A stretch of DNA of 47,591 bases from an uncultured Bacilli bacterium (GCA_947623995.1 CANQIN010000003.1:1-47591); one strand, 5' to 3'. Shown: positions 1 through 8,290, numbered from the stretch's first letter. Numbers and translations: made by a program. The notes: generated by a model not told the origin, from the letters alone.

Positions 1-525
1 ATTTTAATGGCTGAACTGGTGGCAATCTCAATTGAAGATGTAGAAAAATCGGTTTGGGTAACGATTCTTCCTTTAGCACTTTTAGCGGGTTTAGAAATTC
101 TTTTAGCTTTTATCTCAATTAAATCACGGCATTTTAGGGCTCTTTTTGATGGCAAACCTTCCTTAATTGTTTGTGATGGTAAAGTAAATTATAAAGAGAT
201 GATTAAACAACGTTATAGTATGGATGATTTACTTATCAGTTTAAGACAAAAAGAAATCAAAGATATTGAAGAAGTAGAGTATGCTTTTCTAGAGCCTAAT
301 GGTAAATTATCAATCTTTAAATATAATTTTTTTCATACTAAAACTACTTATCCAATGCCTTTAATATTAGATGGCGAGATTAATAAAAAAACCTTAGAAT
401 ATTTAAAACATGATAAATCTTGGCTAGAAGAAAAACTTGCTTTAAGGCATTTAACCATTGATGAAGTCTTCTATGCTTTTTATAAAAAAAATAAAATTTA
501 TATAATTACTAATACTGAACTTTAA
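1..525 (+). CDS. DUF421/YetF-family membrane protein, 5' truncated by the window edge
   Basis: Frame is open from base 1. Motifs DGKPSLIVCDGKV, DDLLISLRQK, VEYAFLEPNGKLSIF and PLILDGEI are typical of YetF/YrbG. Confidence 0.85.
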   Translation: MLMAELVAISIEDVEKSVWVTILPLALLAGLEILLAFISIKSRHFRALFDGKPSLIVCDGKVNYKEMIKQRYSMDDLLISLRQKEIKDIEEVEYAFLEPNGKLSIFKYNFFHTKTTYPMPLILDGEINKKTLEYLKHDKSWLEEKLALRHLTIDEVFYAFYKKNKIYIITNTEL

Positions 526-532
526 TTCGACA
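526..532 (-). promoter_or_regulatory. Spo0A box (TGTCGAA) upstream of the 574 operon
   Basis: TTCGACA on + is an exact TGNCGAA on -, within a 48-bp intergenic gap. An extended -10-like TGtTATAAC lies at 551-559. Confidence 0.45.
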
Positions 533-573
533 AATTATTTAAAGTAAATGTGTTATAACATTATTGTGATATT

Positions 574-1002
574 ATGAAAAAGAAATTATTAATTATGTTT
601 TTTGCCCTTTTATTAGGAGGGTCTATGGCTTTAATAACTTTATATAAGTTAAATTTTAAAGCTAAAACTTATCCAGTAGCCATCTATCAATTAGGCGTTT
701 ATAAAAGCTACGATAATGCTTTAAAAAAAGCTCAAACGGCAAAAGGGGCAATTATTATTTCTCATGATGATAATTACCAAGTAATCGGGGCAATAGCAAG
801 TTCTAAAGAGTCGCAAAATAAATTAGCTAATTTATTAAAAAATGAACAATTAGATTATTATTTAAAAGAATTAGATTTAAATGAAGAATCTAAAGAAACC
901 ATTGATGAATATGAATTATTAATTAATAAAACTGATGATTTAGAAGTTTTAAAAAAATTAAATGAAGAATTATTAAAAAGTATTTTAGAGAGGATGAAGT
1001 AA
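574..1002 (+). CDS. Membrane-anchored protein with a SPOR-like domain (syntenic position of spoIIB)
   Basis: N-terminal TM helix, then YQLGVYKSYDNA resembling the SPOR QxGxF motif. Lies directly upstream of radC. Confidence 0.5.
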   Translation: MKKKLLIMFFALLLGGSMALITLYKLNFKAKTYPVAIYQLGVYKSYDNALKKAQTAKGAIIISHDDNYQVIGAIASSKESQNKLANLLKNEQLDYYLKELDLNEESKETIDEYELLINKTDDLEVLKKLNEELLKSILERMK

Positions 1003-1686
1003 ATGAAAGATATGCCATTAGATGAACAACCAAGAGAAAAAGCCTTAAAATATGGATTTTCTTCTTTAAGTGATGCCGAATTATTAGCTATCTTACTTAG
1101 AACGGGAACAAAAGAATTAAATGTTAAAGAGTTAGCCTTAGAAATATTAAAAGAAATGAATAATTTAAATGGCTTACAAAATAGTCGAATATCAAAACTT
1201 TCTAGTATCAAAGGAGTTGGCAAAGTTAAAGCCATTACCATCTTAGCGGCTTTAGAATTAGGCAAAAGATTTAATAAAGAAAATAATTTTAAAGCTCTTA
1301 AAATAAGAGAAACTAAAGATGTTTACAATGCTTATAAAGATGAATTAGAAAATGATGTTCAAGAAAAGTTTATGGCCGTTTTTTTAAATAATCAAAATAT
1401 TGTTTTAGCAAGTAAAATTTTATTTGTGGGGGTTTCCAATCAAAGTTTAATTGAACCTAAAATTATTTTTAAAGAAGCCATGCTTTATAATGCAACTAGA
1501 TTAATTGTTATTCATAATCATCCCAGTGGTAATCCCTCTCCTAGTAAAGAAGATTATTTAGTAACAGACCAAATTATGGAAGCAGGTAATTTACTTAATA
1601 TTAGATTAATAGACCATTTAATAATTGGTAAAGAAAAATATTTTAGTTTTTATGATTATATTAAAGGAGGAGTAGTTCATGAATAA
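1003..1686 (+). CDS. radC: RadC (JAB/MPN domain) protein
   Basis: PREK...LSDAELLAILLRTG, HhH motif IKGVGKVKA, JAB motif HNHPSG...S.ED and DHLIIG. Confidence 0.97.
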   Translation: MKDMPLDEQPREKALKYGFSSLSDAELLAILLRTGTKELNVKELALEILKEMNNLNGLQNSRISKLSSIKGVGKVKAITILAALELGKRFNKENNFKALKIRETKDVYNAYKDELENDVQEKFMAVFLNNQNIVLASKILFVGVSNQSLIEPKIIFKEAMLYNATRLIVIHNHPSGNPSPSKEDYLVTDQIMEAGNLLNIRLIDHLIIGKEKYFSFYDYIKGGVVHE

Positions 1687-2335
1687 AAAAGTAATTATTC
1701 TTTTTATTTTATTTATCTTTTTAATGTTTTATTTTTTAAAAGATCCTGTATTAGCTTTATTATTTAAAAATGATTTTAATTTAGAAACCAAAATATGTAA
1801 TGATGAAGAAAATTATCAAAAATTAAAAAAAGAATATGATGAATTATTAGAATATAAAACAATTATTAATGATAATATTATTAGTAAAGTAATTATTCAT
1901 GACCCTTTAGAGTTTTTTCAATCTATAACTATTATTAAAGGTAAAGAAGATAATATTAATGTAGGAGATTTAGTTGTTAATGAACTAGGTTTAGTAGGTA
2001 TTATTAGTAAAGTAAATAAACATACTTCTATTGTTGAATTACTTCCTAATAAAAATACTCATATTGCTGTTCATATCGGTGATGTGGATGGTTTACTGGA
2101 AAGTGATAATGGCAAGTTAATTATTAAAAATATTACTAGAAATGATAATATTAACGTTGATAGTGAAGTAACTACCTCAAATTATAGTTTACTACAAACT
2201 GGTTTATTAATTGGTAAAGTAAAAGAAATTCATGAAACAAAAGAAAATTTAAGTTATGAAATCTTAGTTGAGCCAAGTGTCGATTTTAATGATTTAAATT
2301 ATGTAAGTATTAGAAAGAATGATAACTATGAATAA
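1679..2335 (+). CDS. mreC: Rod shape-determining protein MreC (short form)
   Basis: TM helix plus coiled coil, ITIIKG...GLVGII, VTTS...GLLIGKV and VEPSVDFNDLNYV. Syntenic after radC. Confidence 0.9.
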   Translation: MNKKVIILFILFIFLMFYFLKDPVLALLFKNDFNLETKICNDEENYQKLKKEYDELLEYKTIINDNIISKVIIHDPLEFFQSITIIKGKEDNINVGDLVVNELGLVGIISKVNKHTSIVELLPNKNTHIAVHIGDVDGLLESDNGKLIIKNITRNDNINVDSEVTTSNYSLLQTGLLIGKVKEIHETKENLSYEILVEPSVDFNDLNYVSIRKNDNYE

Positions 2336-2678
2336 GATAATTGCCTTTTTACCATTTGTTTTTTTTAATGAAGATGATACTTATCCTTTTATTTTATGTT
2401 TTGCTCTAACCTTTGATTTTCTAATTTATAATACTTATTTTTTAAATACTATCTTTTTTACCGTTTTATATTTATTAAATAAAGAATTTAAAACTAAACA
2501 TAATTTATTTTTATATCTATTTAGAAATGTTTTAAATTTAACAATTGGTTTATTATTTTATAGTTTAATAAATAGTATAATTTTACCAATCGAAAATTTT
2601 ATTTGGACTTATCTTATAAATATCTTAATTTCAACAATTATTTTTCTCTTCCATAAAAAAACTTTAGTCATAAAATAA
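2328..2678 (+). CDS. mreD: Divergent MreD-like integral membrane protein
   Basis: Hydrophobic multi-TM protein overlapping the mreC stop codon. Assigned mainly by synteny. Confidence 0.55.
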   Translation: MNKIIAFLPFVFFNEDDTYPFILCFALTFDFLIYNTYFLNTIFFTVLYLLNKEFKTKHNLFLYLFRNVLNLTIGLLFYSLINSIILPIENFIWTYLINILISTIIFLFHKKTLVIK

Positions 2679-2696
2679 ATTAATTAATCATATGCT
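2667..2696 (+). promoter_or_regulatory. sigmaE-like promoter of spoIVF
   Basis: gTCATAAA (2667-2674), N14, CATATGCT (2689-2696). Matches the B. subtilis sigmaE consensus, and spoIVF is a known sigmaE operon. Confidence 0.65.
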
Positions 2697-2712
2697 TTTT
2701 TAGGTGAGAGTA

Positions 2713-3336
2713 ATGAATGAAATAGAATTAGTAAAAAAAAGACATCAACAAAGATTACAGAAAATAAATAAAGATAGTAATAAAGATGATAAAAAAATTA
2801 GTAAAATCTTTTCTAAAATTTTATTAAGTGTTATTTTTATTTTAATAAGTTGTATTTATATTCATTTAGATGAAGGCAATTTAGATAAATTTAAAAAATA
2901 TTTTTTTGAAGATAATTTAACTTTTGCTAAAATAAATGAAGGCTATCATAAATTATTTGGATCGTTATTTCCTAGCGTAACTAATAATGAAGATACCGTC
3001 TTAGCTAGCAATAATGTTTCTTTAAATGAAGTAGAAGCTTATAATGATGGGTATAAAATTATAGCTACTAAAAATTCTCCTATCAGTGTTATTACTAGCG
3101 GAATTATTGTTTTTTTAGATGAAAAAGAAGGATATGGTAAGACCGCGATTATTCAAGGAATAGATGGCTATGATATTTGGTATGGCAATATTACTGATCC
3201 AAGTGTTAAGTTATATGATTATGTTGAAAAAGGGACTATTCTAGCTAATAGTAATGATGATTTTTACTACAATGTTTTTTATAAAGATGGTAATAAAGTA
3301 AGCTATGAAGATTATTACAAACAAATGGCAAATTAA
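2713..3336 (+). CDS. spoIVFA: SpoIVFA-like protein (TM plus degenerate M23 domain)
   Basis: Single TM helix. M23-like SGIIVF...YGKTAIIQ...WYGN...VKLYDYVEKG lacks the zinc-binding His residues. Lies upstream of an M50 protease. Start placed at ATG 2713 after RBS AGGTGAG. Confidence 0.8.
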   Translation: MNEIELVKKRHQQRLQKINKDSNKDDKKISKIFSKILLSVIFILISCIYIHLDEGNLDKFKKYFFEDNLTFAKINEGYHKLFGSLFPSVTNNEDTVLASNNVSLNEVEAYNDGYKIIATKNSPISVITSGIIVFLDEKEGYGKTAIIQGIDGYDIWYGNITDPSVKLYDYVEKGTILANSNDDFYYNVFYKDGNKVSYEDYYKQMAN

Positions 3337-4036
3337 TTACTTTACTTACTTTTACTTTTTTTTAGCTTTTTTATGTGGTTATTTTAAAAATAGTTGTTTC
3401 ATTTTTTTAATTGTAATTATTCATGAATTAGGACATATTTTAACCATTAAATTATTTAAATATCAAATTTTATCTATAACACTTTATCCATTTGGCGGAA
3501 TAACTAAAATAGATAAACCCATTAATTCATCTATCAATAAAGAACTTCTAATCGCGTCTTCTGGTATTTTAATGCAACTCGTATTAAGTTTATTTATTCA
3601 TGATAAATTATTTAAATATTATAATTTAATGATTATGCTTTTTAATATCTTACCAATTATTCCTTTAGATGGTCATAAAATAGTTAATTTAATATTAGAT
3701 AAATTCTTACCATATGAATCTTCTTTAAAATATAGTAATTATCTTAGTATTATATCTTTAATAATATTTATTATTTATAATATAATAAGTCCTAATAAAA
3801 ACTATTTAATCTGTTCATTTTTAATTTTTACCATTATTATGACTCTTAAAAATCAAAAATATTTAATTAATAAATTTTATTTAGAAAGATACTTATATTC
3901 TTTTCCCTATCATAAAATTGAAAGTAATCAAGAAACTAATATTCATCTTTTAAAAAAGAATACTCTTCATTTTTTTAAATATCATAATCGTTATATTCAT
4001 GAAAAAGGTTTATTAAAACAAATTTTTAAACAATAA
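3305..4036 (+). CDS. spoIVFB: SpoIVFB-like M50 intramembrane metalloprotease
   Basis: HELGH, PFGG and FNILPIIPLDG motifs. Synteny spoIVFA-spoIVFB-rplU. Confidence 0.85.
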   Translation: MKIITNKWQINYFTYFYFFLAFLCGYFKNSCFIFLIVIIHELGHILTIKLFKYQILSITLYPFGGITKIDKPINSSINKELLIASSGILMQLVLSLFIHDKLFKYYNLMIMLFNILPIIPLDGHKIVNLILDKFLPYESSLKYSNYLSIISLIIFIIYNIISPNKNYLICSFLIFTIIMTLKNQKYLINKFYLERYLYSFPYHKIESNQETNIHLLKKNTLHFFKYHNRYIHEKGLLKQIFKQ

Positions 4037-4064
4037 TAAAAAACAAATTTTTAAACAATAATAC
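4015..4064. repeat. 25-bp tandem duplication at the spoIVFB stop / IS insertion point
   Basis: aaaacaaatttttaaacaataataa (4015-4039) is followed by aaaacaaatttttaaacaataatac (4040-4064). Confidence 0.9.
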
Positions 4065-4185
4065 TGTGAAAAATTTTTAAAAATGTTACATAAATAAAAA
4101 TGAATAATTAGTAAAAATGTTACATAACAAAATATATGAATTTTATAAAAAAAAAATAAATTAATAATTAGTAAAAATGTTACAT
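4065..4185 (+). repeat. Left-end subterminal repeats (3 copies of about AATAATTAGTAAAAATGTTACA)
   Basis: Copies at about 4067-4091, 4101-4125 and 4161-4185. Confidence 0.9.
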
Positions 4186-4235
4186 TTTTTTGTTAAAAAC
4201 ACTTTCTTGTCATTTAAGACAGGGAGGTATAAGTT

Positions 4236-5591
4236 ATGTTAAATGATAATGAAAAGAAAAAGTATGAAATCATTAGTAAAGTTATTAATGGTGAAATAAC
4301 AAGAAAGGAGGCAATGGCTGATTTAAATTTATCTAGACAACAAATTTATAGATTAATTAAAATATATAAATCAAAAGGTCAAGAAGGTTTTATTCATGGT
4401 AATCGTGGTAAAGAAAATAAAAATAAATTAGATGAAAAAATAATTGAAGAATTAGAAGAAATTTATTTAACTGATTTTTATGATTTTAATTTTGAACAAT
4501 TTTATGAAAAGAAAGTATTAGGCAACTATAATATATCTTATGATGCAATGCTTAAACGATTTACTAATGATGATATTATCTCTCCCTTTGCACATAAAAA
4601 AACAGTAAAAAGGTATAATGAAAAAATGAAAAATGTAATAGAAAAGGAAGAAAAAGTTGAACCAGAAAAAGTTGAATTATTTAAGTCAAGAATAATAGCA
4701 GCTGAAAAAGCACATATAAGAAGATCTAATAATTTATTTGTATTTGGACAAGAAATACAGATGGATGCTTGTCAAGGAGTATGGTTTGGTAAAATCCCCT
4801 CTTACTTACACTTAGTCGTAGATAAAGCAACCAAAAAAGTTTTATTTGGATGGTTTGAGTATGAAGAAATCACAAGAGGATATTTTGTTTTACTATTCAA
4901 TACCATAATTAACTATGGAATACCCGCAAAAATTAAAACAGACAATAGAAGTTCATTCTCTGCAAATAATGCAAAAAATAAGGAAAAAAAGACTTTTTTA
5001 ACACAGTTTGGAAAAGTTTGTGAAAGATTAAATATTGTTTTAGAAACTTCTAGTATTCCTACAGCTAAAGCTAATGTTGAAAGAGAAAATGGAACATTCA
5101 AAAAAAGATTAGCTGCTGAATTAAGATATGAAAATATAACAACAATTGATGAAGCTAATGACTATCTAAATAAAGTTTTTATACCATACATGAATAAAAA
5201 ATTTTCTTATGCAATTGATGAAAAAACATCTGTAATGAGAAAAAATACATATACAGAAGAAGAATTAAAATTAATAATATCCGAAAGAACAAATAAGATT
5301 ATTGATAATGCTTCCTCAATCTATTACAACTATAATTACTATGTTCCAGTTGATCCTAACACAGGAGATATTACATGTTTTTCAAAAGGAACTGAATGTA
5401 CTTTTATAATTAATTATGATGGTGATTATTGGGGTAAAATTGAAAATCATTATTATCAATTATTAAAATTAGAAAATCGTGATTCAATTATGAAAAAAGA
5501 AAGTAAAATTGAACAGCCAAAAAAAGAACATCAAAAATTTATTCCACCTGCAAATCATCCTTGGCGAAAAAATATGATGCTCAAACGTTAA
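4236..5591 (+). CDS. DDE transposase (ISNCY/IS1202 type)
   Basis: N-terminal HTH LSRQQIYRL...IHGNRG, catalytic-type motifs QMDA, KTDN and AKANVER, C-terminal PPANHPWR. RBS GGGAGG. Confidence 0.95.
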   Translation: MLNDNEKKKYEIISKVINGEITRKEAMADLNLSRQQIYRLIKIYKSKGQEGFIHGNRGKENKNKLDEKIIEELEEIYLTDFYDFNFEQFYEKKVLGNYNISYDAMLKRFTNDDIISPFAHKKTVKRYNEKMKNVIEKEEKVEPEKVELFKSRIIAAEKAHIRRSNNLFVFGQEIQMDACQGVWFGKIPSYLHLVVDKATKKVLFGWFEYEEITRGYFVLLFNTIINYGIPAKIKTDNRSSFSANNAKNKEKKTFLTQFGKVCERLNIVLETSSIPTAKANVERENGTFKKRLAAELRYENITTIDEANDYLNKVFIPYMNKKFSYAIDEKTSVMRKNTYTEEELKLIISERTNKIIDNASSIYYNYNYYVPVDPNTGDITCFSKGTECTFIINYDGDYWGKIENHYYQLLKLENRDSIMKKESKIEQPKKEHQKFIPPANHPWRKNMMLKR

Positions 5592-5593
5592 TA

Positions 5594-5724
5594 TTGGGGC
5601 TTTGCCCCAAACCCCAAGGTTTATCGCTTAGGGCTTTCAAAAAAAGAAATATATATCTTTTTTGCTTAGCATTATTTAAGTGCTCTGGTCACTCCTCAGT
5701 GTTGCCATATCCCCTTAAATAACA
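5594..5724 (-). ncRNA. Candidate IS-encoded structured RNA (about 130 nt)
   Basis: Locally GC-richer non-coding segment with several stems, downstream of a consensus minus-strand promoter at 5731-5758 and ending in hairpin TTGGGGC-AAA-GCCCCAA. Confidence 0.5.
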
Positions 5725-5730
5725 ATTACT

Positions 5731-5758
5731 ATTATATTTATTGTTTACAAATTGTCAA
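5731..5758 (-). promoter_or_regulatory. Inward-facing sigmaA promoter in the IS right end
   Basis: TTGACA (5758-5753), N16, TATAAT (5736-5731). Both hexamers are exact consensus. Confidence 0.75.
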
Positions 5759-5768
5759 TATTTTAATA

Positions 5769-5874
5769 AGAGACATTTTCACTAATTATTAGCGAATTAC
5801 ACTTATTTTTAGATAGAGACATTTTCACTAATTATTTGTAAAAAAATTAGAGACATTTTTGCTAATTATTCACA
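5769..5874 (-). repeat. Right-end subterminal repeats (3 copies of AGAGACATTTT(CA/TG)CTAATTATT)
   Basis: Copies at 5769-5790, 5815-5836 and 5849-5870, inverted relative to the left-end copies. Confidence 0.9.
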
Positions 5875-5891
5875 GTTTTAAACAATAATAC

Positions 5892-5920
5892 TTTACATTC
5901 ATCTAAAATATGATTAAAAT
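5892..5920 (+). promoter_or_regulatory. sigmaA-like promoter for the 5944/6557 gene pair
   Basis: TTTACA-N17-TAAAAT immediately right of the IS, followed by RBS AAGGAAG. Confidence 0.55.
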
Positions 5921-5943
5921 AATCACTTAAAGGAAGTGTTAGT

Positions 5944-6552
5944 ATGTTTGATTTAAAAGCTTATTTAGTTGAATTTGATACTTTAATGAGTGAGACAATT
6001 GAAGTATTAATTGATGAAACATCAAAAATTTATGATGAAGCAATTTATGAAATAATTCTTCATTCTACAATAAATTTAAAAAAAATTATTACTAATACTT
6101 CATATGATAAAGTATATTCTGTGTATCCATTTAAAGGAATTAATAATATTTTTGATATCAATATTAAAGCTTTAGATGAAATAGAAAGATTAGTATATCA
6201 TTTAAAACAAAAAGAATACATAAGTATTGATATTAATTTAATGCTAGCTAGATTACTTATCTGTGAAAAAAATAATTTAATGGCTGTATGTAAATTATAT
6301 GTTCCTAAAAATAAACAAGTAGATTGTCATAAAAATATTGAAAATAATATTCATAAAAGAAATTTATTAAAGTCTCTTACTAATAATTTTTATTATTTAG
6401 GAGTTAGTAAAGAGCCGGATTTAATTCTTTATAATGTTTTTGAAAATAATCTTAAAGATGAATATAAAATACCAGTAATTGAAAATATTATTAATTATCA
6501 TTATGAAGGTAATTTATTAAGAGAAAGAATAAATGAAATAGTAAAAAGGTGA
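5944..6552 (+). CDS. Hypothetical alpha-helical protein (paralog of the next ORF)
   Basis: 202-aa ORF with RBS. No recognised family. Confidence 0.75.
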   Translation: MFDLKAYLVEFDTLMSETIEVLIDETSKIYDEAIYEIILHSTINLKKIITNTSYDKVYSVYPFKGINNIFDINIKALDEIERLVYHLKQKEYISIDINLMLARLLICEKNNLMAVCKLYVPKNKQVDCHKNIENNIHKRNLLKSLTNNFYYLGVSKEPDLILYNVFENNLKDEYKIPVIENIINYHYEGNLLRERINEIVKR

Positions 6553-6556
6553 AGAA

Positions 6557-7183
6557 ATGGAAGATGAATTTGATTTAGTAACTGAAAATTTAAATAATAA
6601 TATTATTGAAATTAATAAAATATTACTTAATATTTGTAATACCAGTGAAGAAATTAAACAATTAATTACCGTTTATTATAAAAATATATTAGATTTAGAA
6701 ACCGGAATCCCATATGAATTAAAATATCCTTATACAGGAATGAAAGAAGAAATTATTTATCGCGTTAATGTTATTAATAATTTAGCTGAATTATTAAGAA
6801 AATTAAGTAAAATAAAATATTCCAATAATGATTTAAATAAAGAATTTCTTAATTTATTAAACAAAGAAAGACAATTTTATATAACTTATGGCAAAATCTT
6901 TTTTGAGCCAATTGCTTGGGAGGAATGGCAAAATTTTGTTAAAGAAAAATTAACTTTAAGAAAAGAATTAATTCACACACTTATCCTAGCAATTAGATTA
7001 TTACAAGATGAATATCCTGAAGAAGCTTTAGATGAATTTCATGAATTAGATGATATAGGTGAGAATAAAAAATATGAAATATTAGATTTTATGGCCGAAT
7101 ATCATATTGAACAGAGATATATAAAAGATTATTTTATAAATAATACTATCAATAATTTTATTGATGTAATATTTAATCGTTAA
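6557..7183 (+). CDS. Hypothetical alpha-helical protein (paralog of the previous ORF)
   Basis: 208-aa ORF with RBS AAGGTGA. Shares spaced motifs with 5944..6552. Confidence 0.75.
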   Translation: MEDEFDLVTENLNNNIIEINKILLNICNTSEEIKQLITVYYKNILDLETGIPYELKYPYTGMKEEIIYRVNVINNLAELLRKLSKIKYSNNDLNKEFLNLLNKERQFYITYGKIFFEPIAWEEWQNFVKEKLTLRKELIHTLILAIRLLQDEYPEEALDEFHELDDIGENKKYEILDFMAEYHIEQRYIKDYFINNTINNFIDVIFNR

Positions 7184-7211
7184 AAAGAATAGAATTATAG
7201 TAGCATTTTGT

Positions 7212-7240
7212 TTGACATTAAGACGAATATTTGATAGAAT
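7212..7240 (+). promoter_or_regulatory. sigmaA promoter of the rplU operon
   Basis: TTGACA-N17-TAGAAT with an extended -10 TG. Confidence 0.85.
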
Positions 7241-7254
7241 TTAGTTGTTTTATG

Positions 7255-7335
7255 AAAAAGAAGCAAAGCTTTTATAAAACCGCACGAAAAAGGTTAAAAA
7301 TCAAGAAAATTGATACCTTCACGGCGCGTCTTAAT
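7255..7335 (+). ncRNA. Ribosomal protein L21 leader
   Basis: CCGCAC...AAGGT...ACCTT...GGCGCGTC arrangement in the rplU 5' UTR, resembling the Firmicutes L21 leader. Boundaries approximate. Confidence 0.7.
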
Positions 7336-7358
7336 TAAAGTTAAAGAGGAGGTAAGAA

Positions 7359-7658
7359 ATGAAAGCTATTTTTGTAACAGGTGGGAAACAATATTATGTA
7401 AATGAAGGAGATACTATTTATGTTGAAAAAATAGATGCTCCAGTTGACAGCGAAGTTACTTTTGATGAAGTATTATTTGTTGATGGCGTTGCAGGGGACC
7501 CAATTGTTGAAGGCGCTAAAGTGGTATGTAAGGTTGAAAAACAAGGAAAACAAAAGAAAATTATTGTTTTTAAATATCATCCTAAGAAGAAATATCGTAA
7601 AAAACAAGGACATCGTCAACCATATACTAAATTAGTAGTTAAAAAGATTGTGAAATAA
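7359..7658 (+). CDS. rplU: 50S ribosomal protein L21
   Basis: TGGKQY and [10 protein letters not shown] motifs. Confidence 0.99.
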   Translation: MKAIFVTGGKQYYVNEGDTIYVEKIDAPVDSEVTFDEVLFVDGVAGDPIVEGAKVVCKVEKQGKQKKIIVFKYHPKKKYRKKQGHRQPYTKLVVKKIVK

Positions 7659-7975
7659 TGATTACAGTTAAAATTAAAAAAGAAAAAAAGGAAGTAAAAC
7701 AAATTCTTTTTTCCGGTCATGCTTTATATAAAGATTTTGGAAAAGATATTGTATGTGCTGGAGCATCAGCTATTTTAACGACTAGTGTAAATGCTATCTT
7801 AAAATATGATAAAAATGCTTTAAAATATACAATTGAAGATGATGTTTTAGTTAAAATTTTAAAAACGGATAAAATTATTAATTTATTAATTGACAATATG
7901 ATTGATTTATTAAAAGAATTAAGTAATGATTATCCTAAAAATATTATAGTTAGAGAGGATGAAGAAAATGAATAA
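7658..7975 (+). CDS. prp: Ribosomal-processing cysteine protease Prp (YsxB)
   Basis: SGHA...DIVCAG catalytic motifs. Located between rplU and rpmA. Confidence 0.95.
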   Translation: MITVKIKKEKKEVKQILFSGHALYKDFGKDIVCAGASAILTTSVNAILKYDKNALKYTIEDDVLVKILKTDKIINLLIDNMIDLLKELSNDYPKNIIVREDEENE

Positions 7976-8255
7976 TTTAATGAAGTTAAACATCCAATTA
8001 TTTGCTCATAAAAAAGCCCAAACATCTACTCAAAATGGTAGAGATAGTGAAGGAAGAAGATTAGGGGCTAAAGTTGGTGATGGACAACTTGTTAGTGCAG
8101 GTAGTATTTTATATCGTCAAAGAGGTACTAAAATCTATCCTGGTACTAATGTAGGTATGGGAAAAGACCATACATTATTTGCTAAAATAACTGGTAAAGT
8201 TAAATTTGAACGTTTAGGAAGAGATAAAAAGAAAGTAAGCGTTTATGAAGGATAA
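7968..8255 (+). CDS. rpmA: 50S ribosomal protein L27 with a Prp-cleaved N-terminal extension
   Basis: [10 protein letters not shown]...NGRDS...RQRGT. Start placed at ATG 7968 by RBS spacing. Confidence 0.98.
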   Translation: MNNLMKLNIQLFAHKKAQTSTQNGRDSEGRRLGAKVGDGQLVSAGSILYRQRGTKIYPGTNVGMGKDHTLFAKITGKVKFERLGRDKKKVSVYEG

Positions 8256-8290
8256 AAGATTTTGTAAAGATAATGCAAAATCTTTTTTTT
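8256..8290 (+). terminator. Rho-independent terminator after rpmA
   Basis: aagattttgta...tgcaaaatctt stem followed by a T-run. Confidence 0.8.

Larger units (their letters stand above)
4064..5875 (+). mobile_element. Complete insertion sequence, IS1202 family (former ISNCY), about 1.81 kb
   Basis: Ends (C)TGTGAAAAATTTTTAAAAATGT and ACATTTTTGCTAATTATTCACA(G) are imperfect inverted repeats. Flanking direct repeat ttttaaacaataata at 4049-4063 and 5876-5890. Three subterminal repeats at each end and a single DDE transposase. End coordinates are uncertain by 1 bp. Confidence 0.9.

Noticed and set aside
858-1265. 135-aa minus-strand ORF
   Set aside because: Antisense shadow of the 574 gene and radC, with no family motif.
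4015-4064. IS target as an Xer (dif-like) site, as for the ISAba32 subgroup
   Set aside because: The flank has no 11-6-11 XerC/D pattern, and the duplication is 15-17 bp rather than 5-6 bp.
4065-4185. Spaced ~25-bp direct repeats resembling a mini-CRISPR or iterons
   Set aside because: Spacing is irregular, inverted counterparts exist at the other IS end, and there are no cas or rep genes. They are IS end repeats.
4913-5101. 62-aa antisense ORF in the transposase
   Set aside because: Shadow ORF with no supporting signals.
5630-5700. Hammerhead ribozyme (CTGAGGA ... GAAA on the minus strand)
   Set aside because: CTGAGGAG sits within its own CACT/AGTG hairpin, and I could not build stems I-III around the core.
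7435-7635. Alternate-frame ORF inside rplU
   Set aside because: Lies entirely within a conserved ribosomal protein gene.
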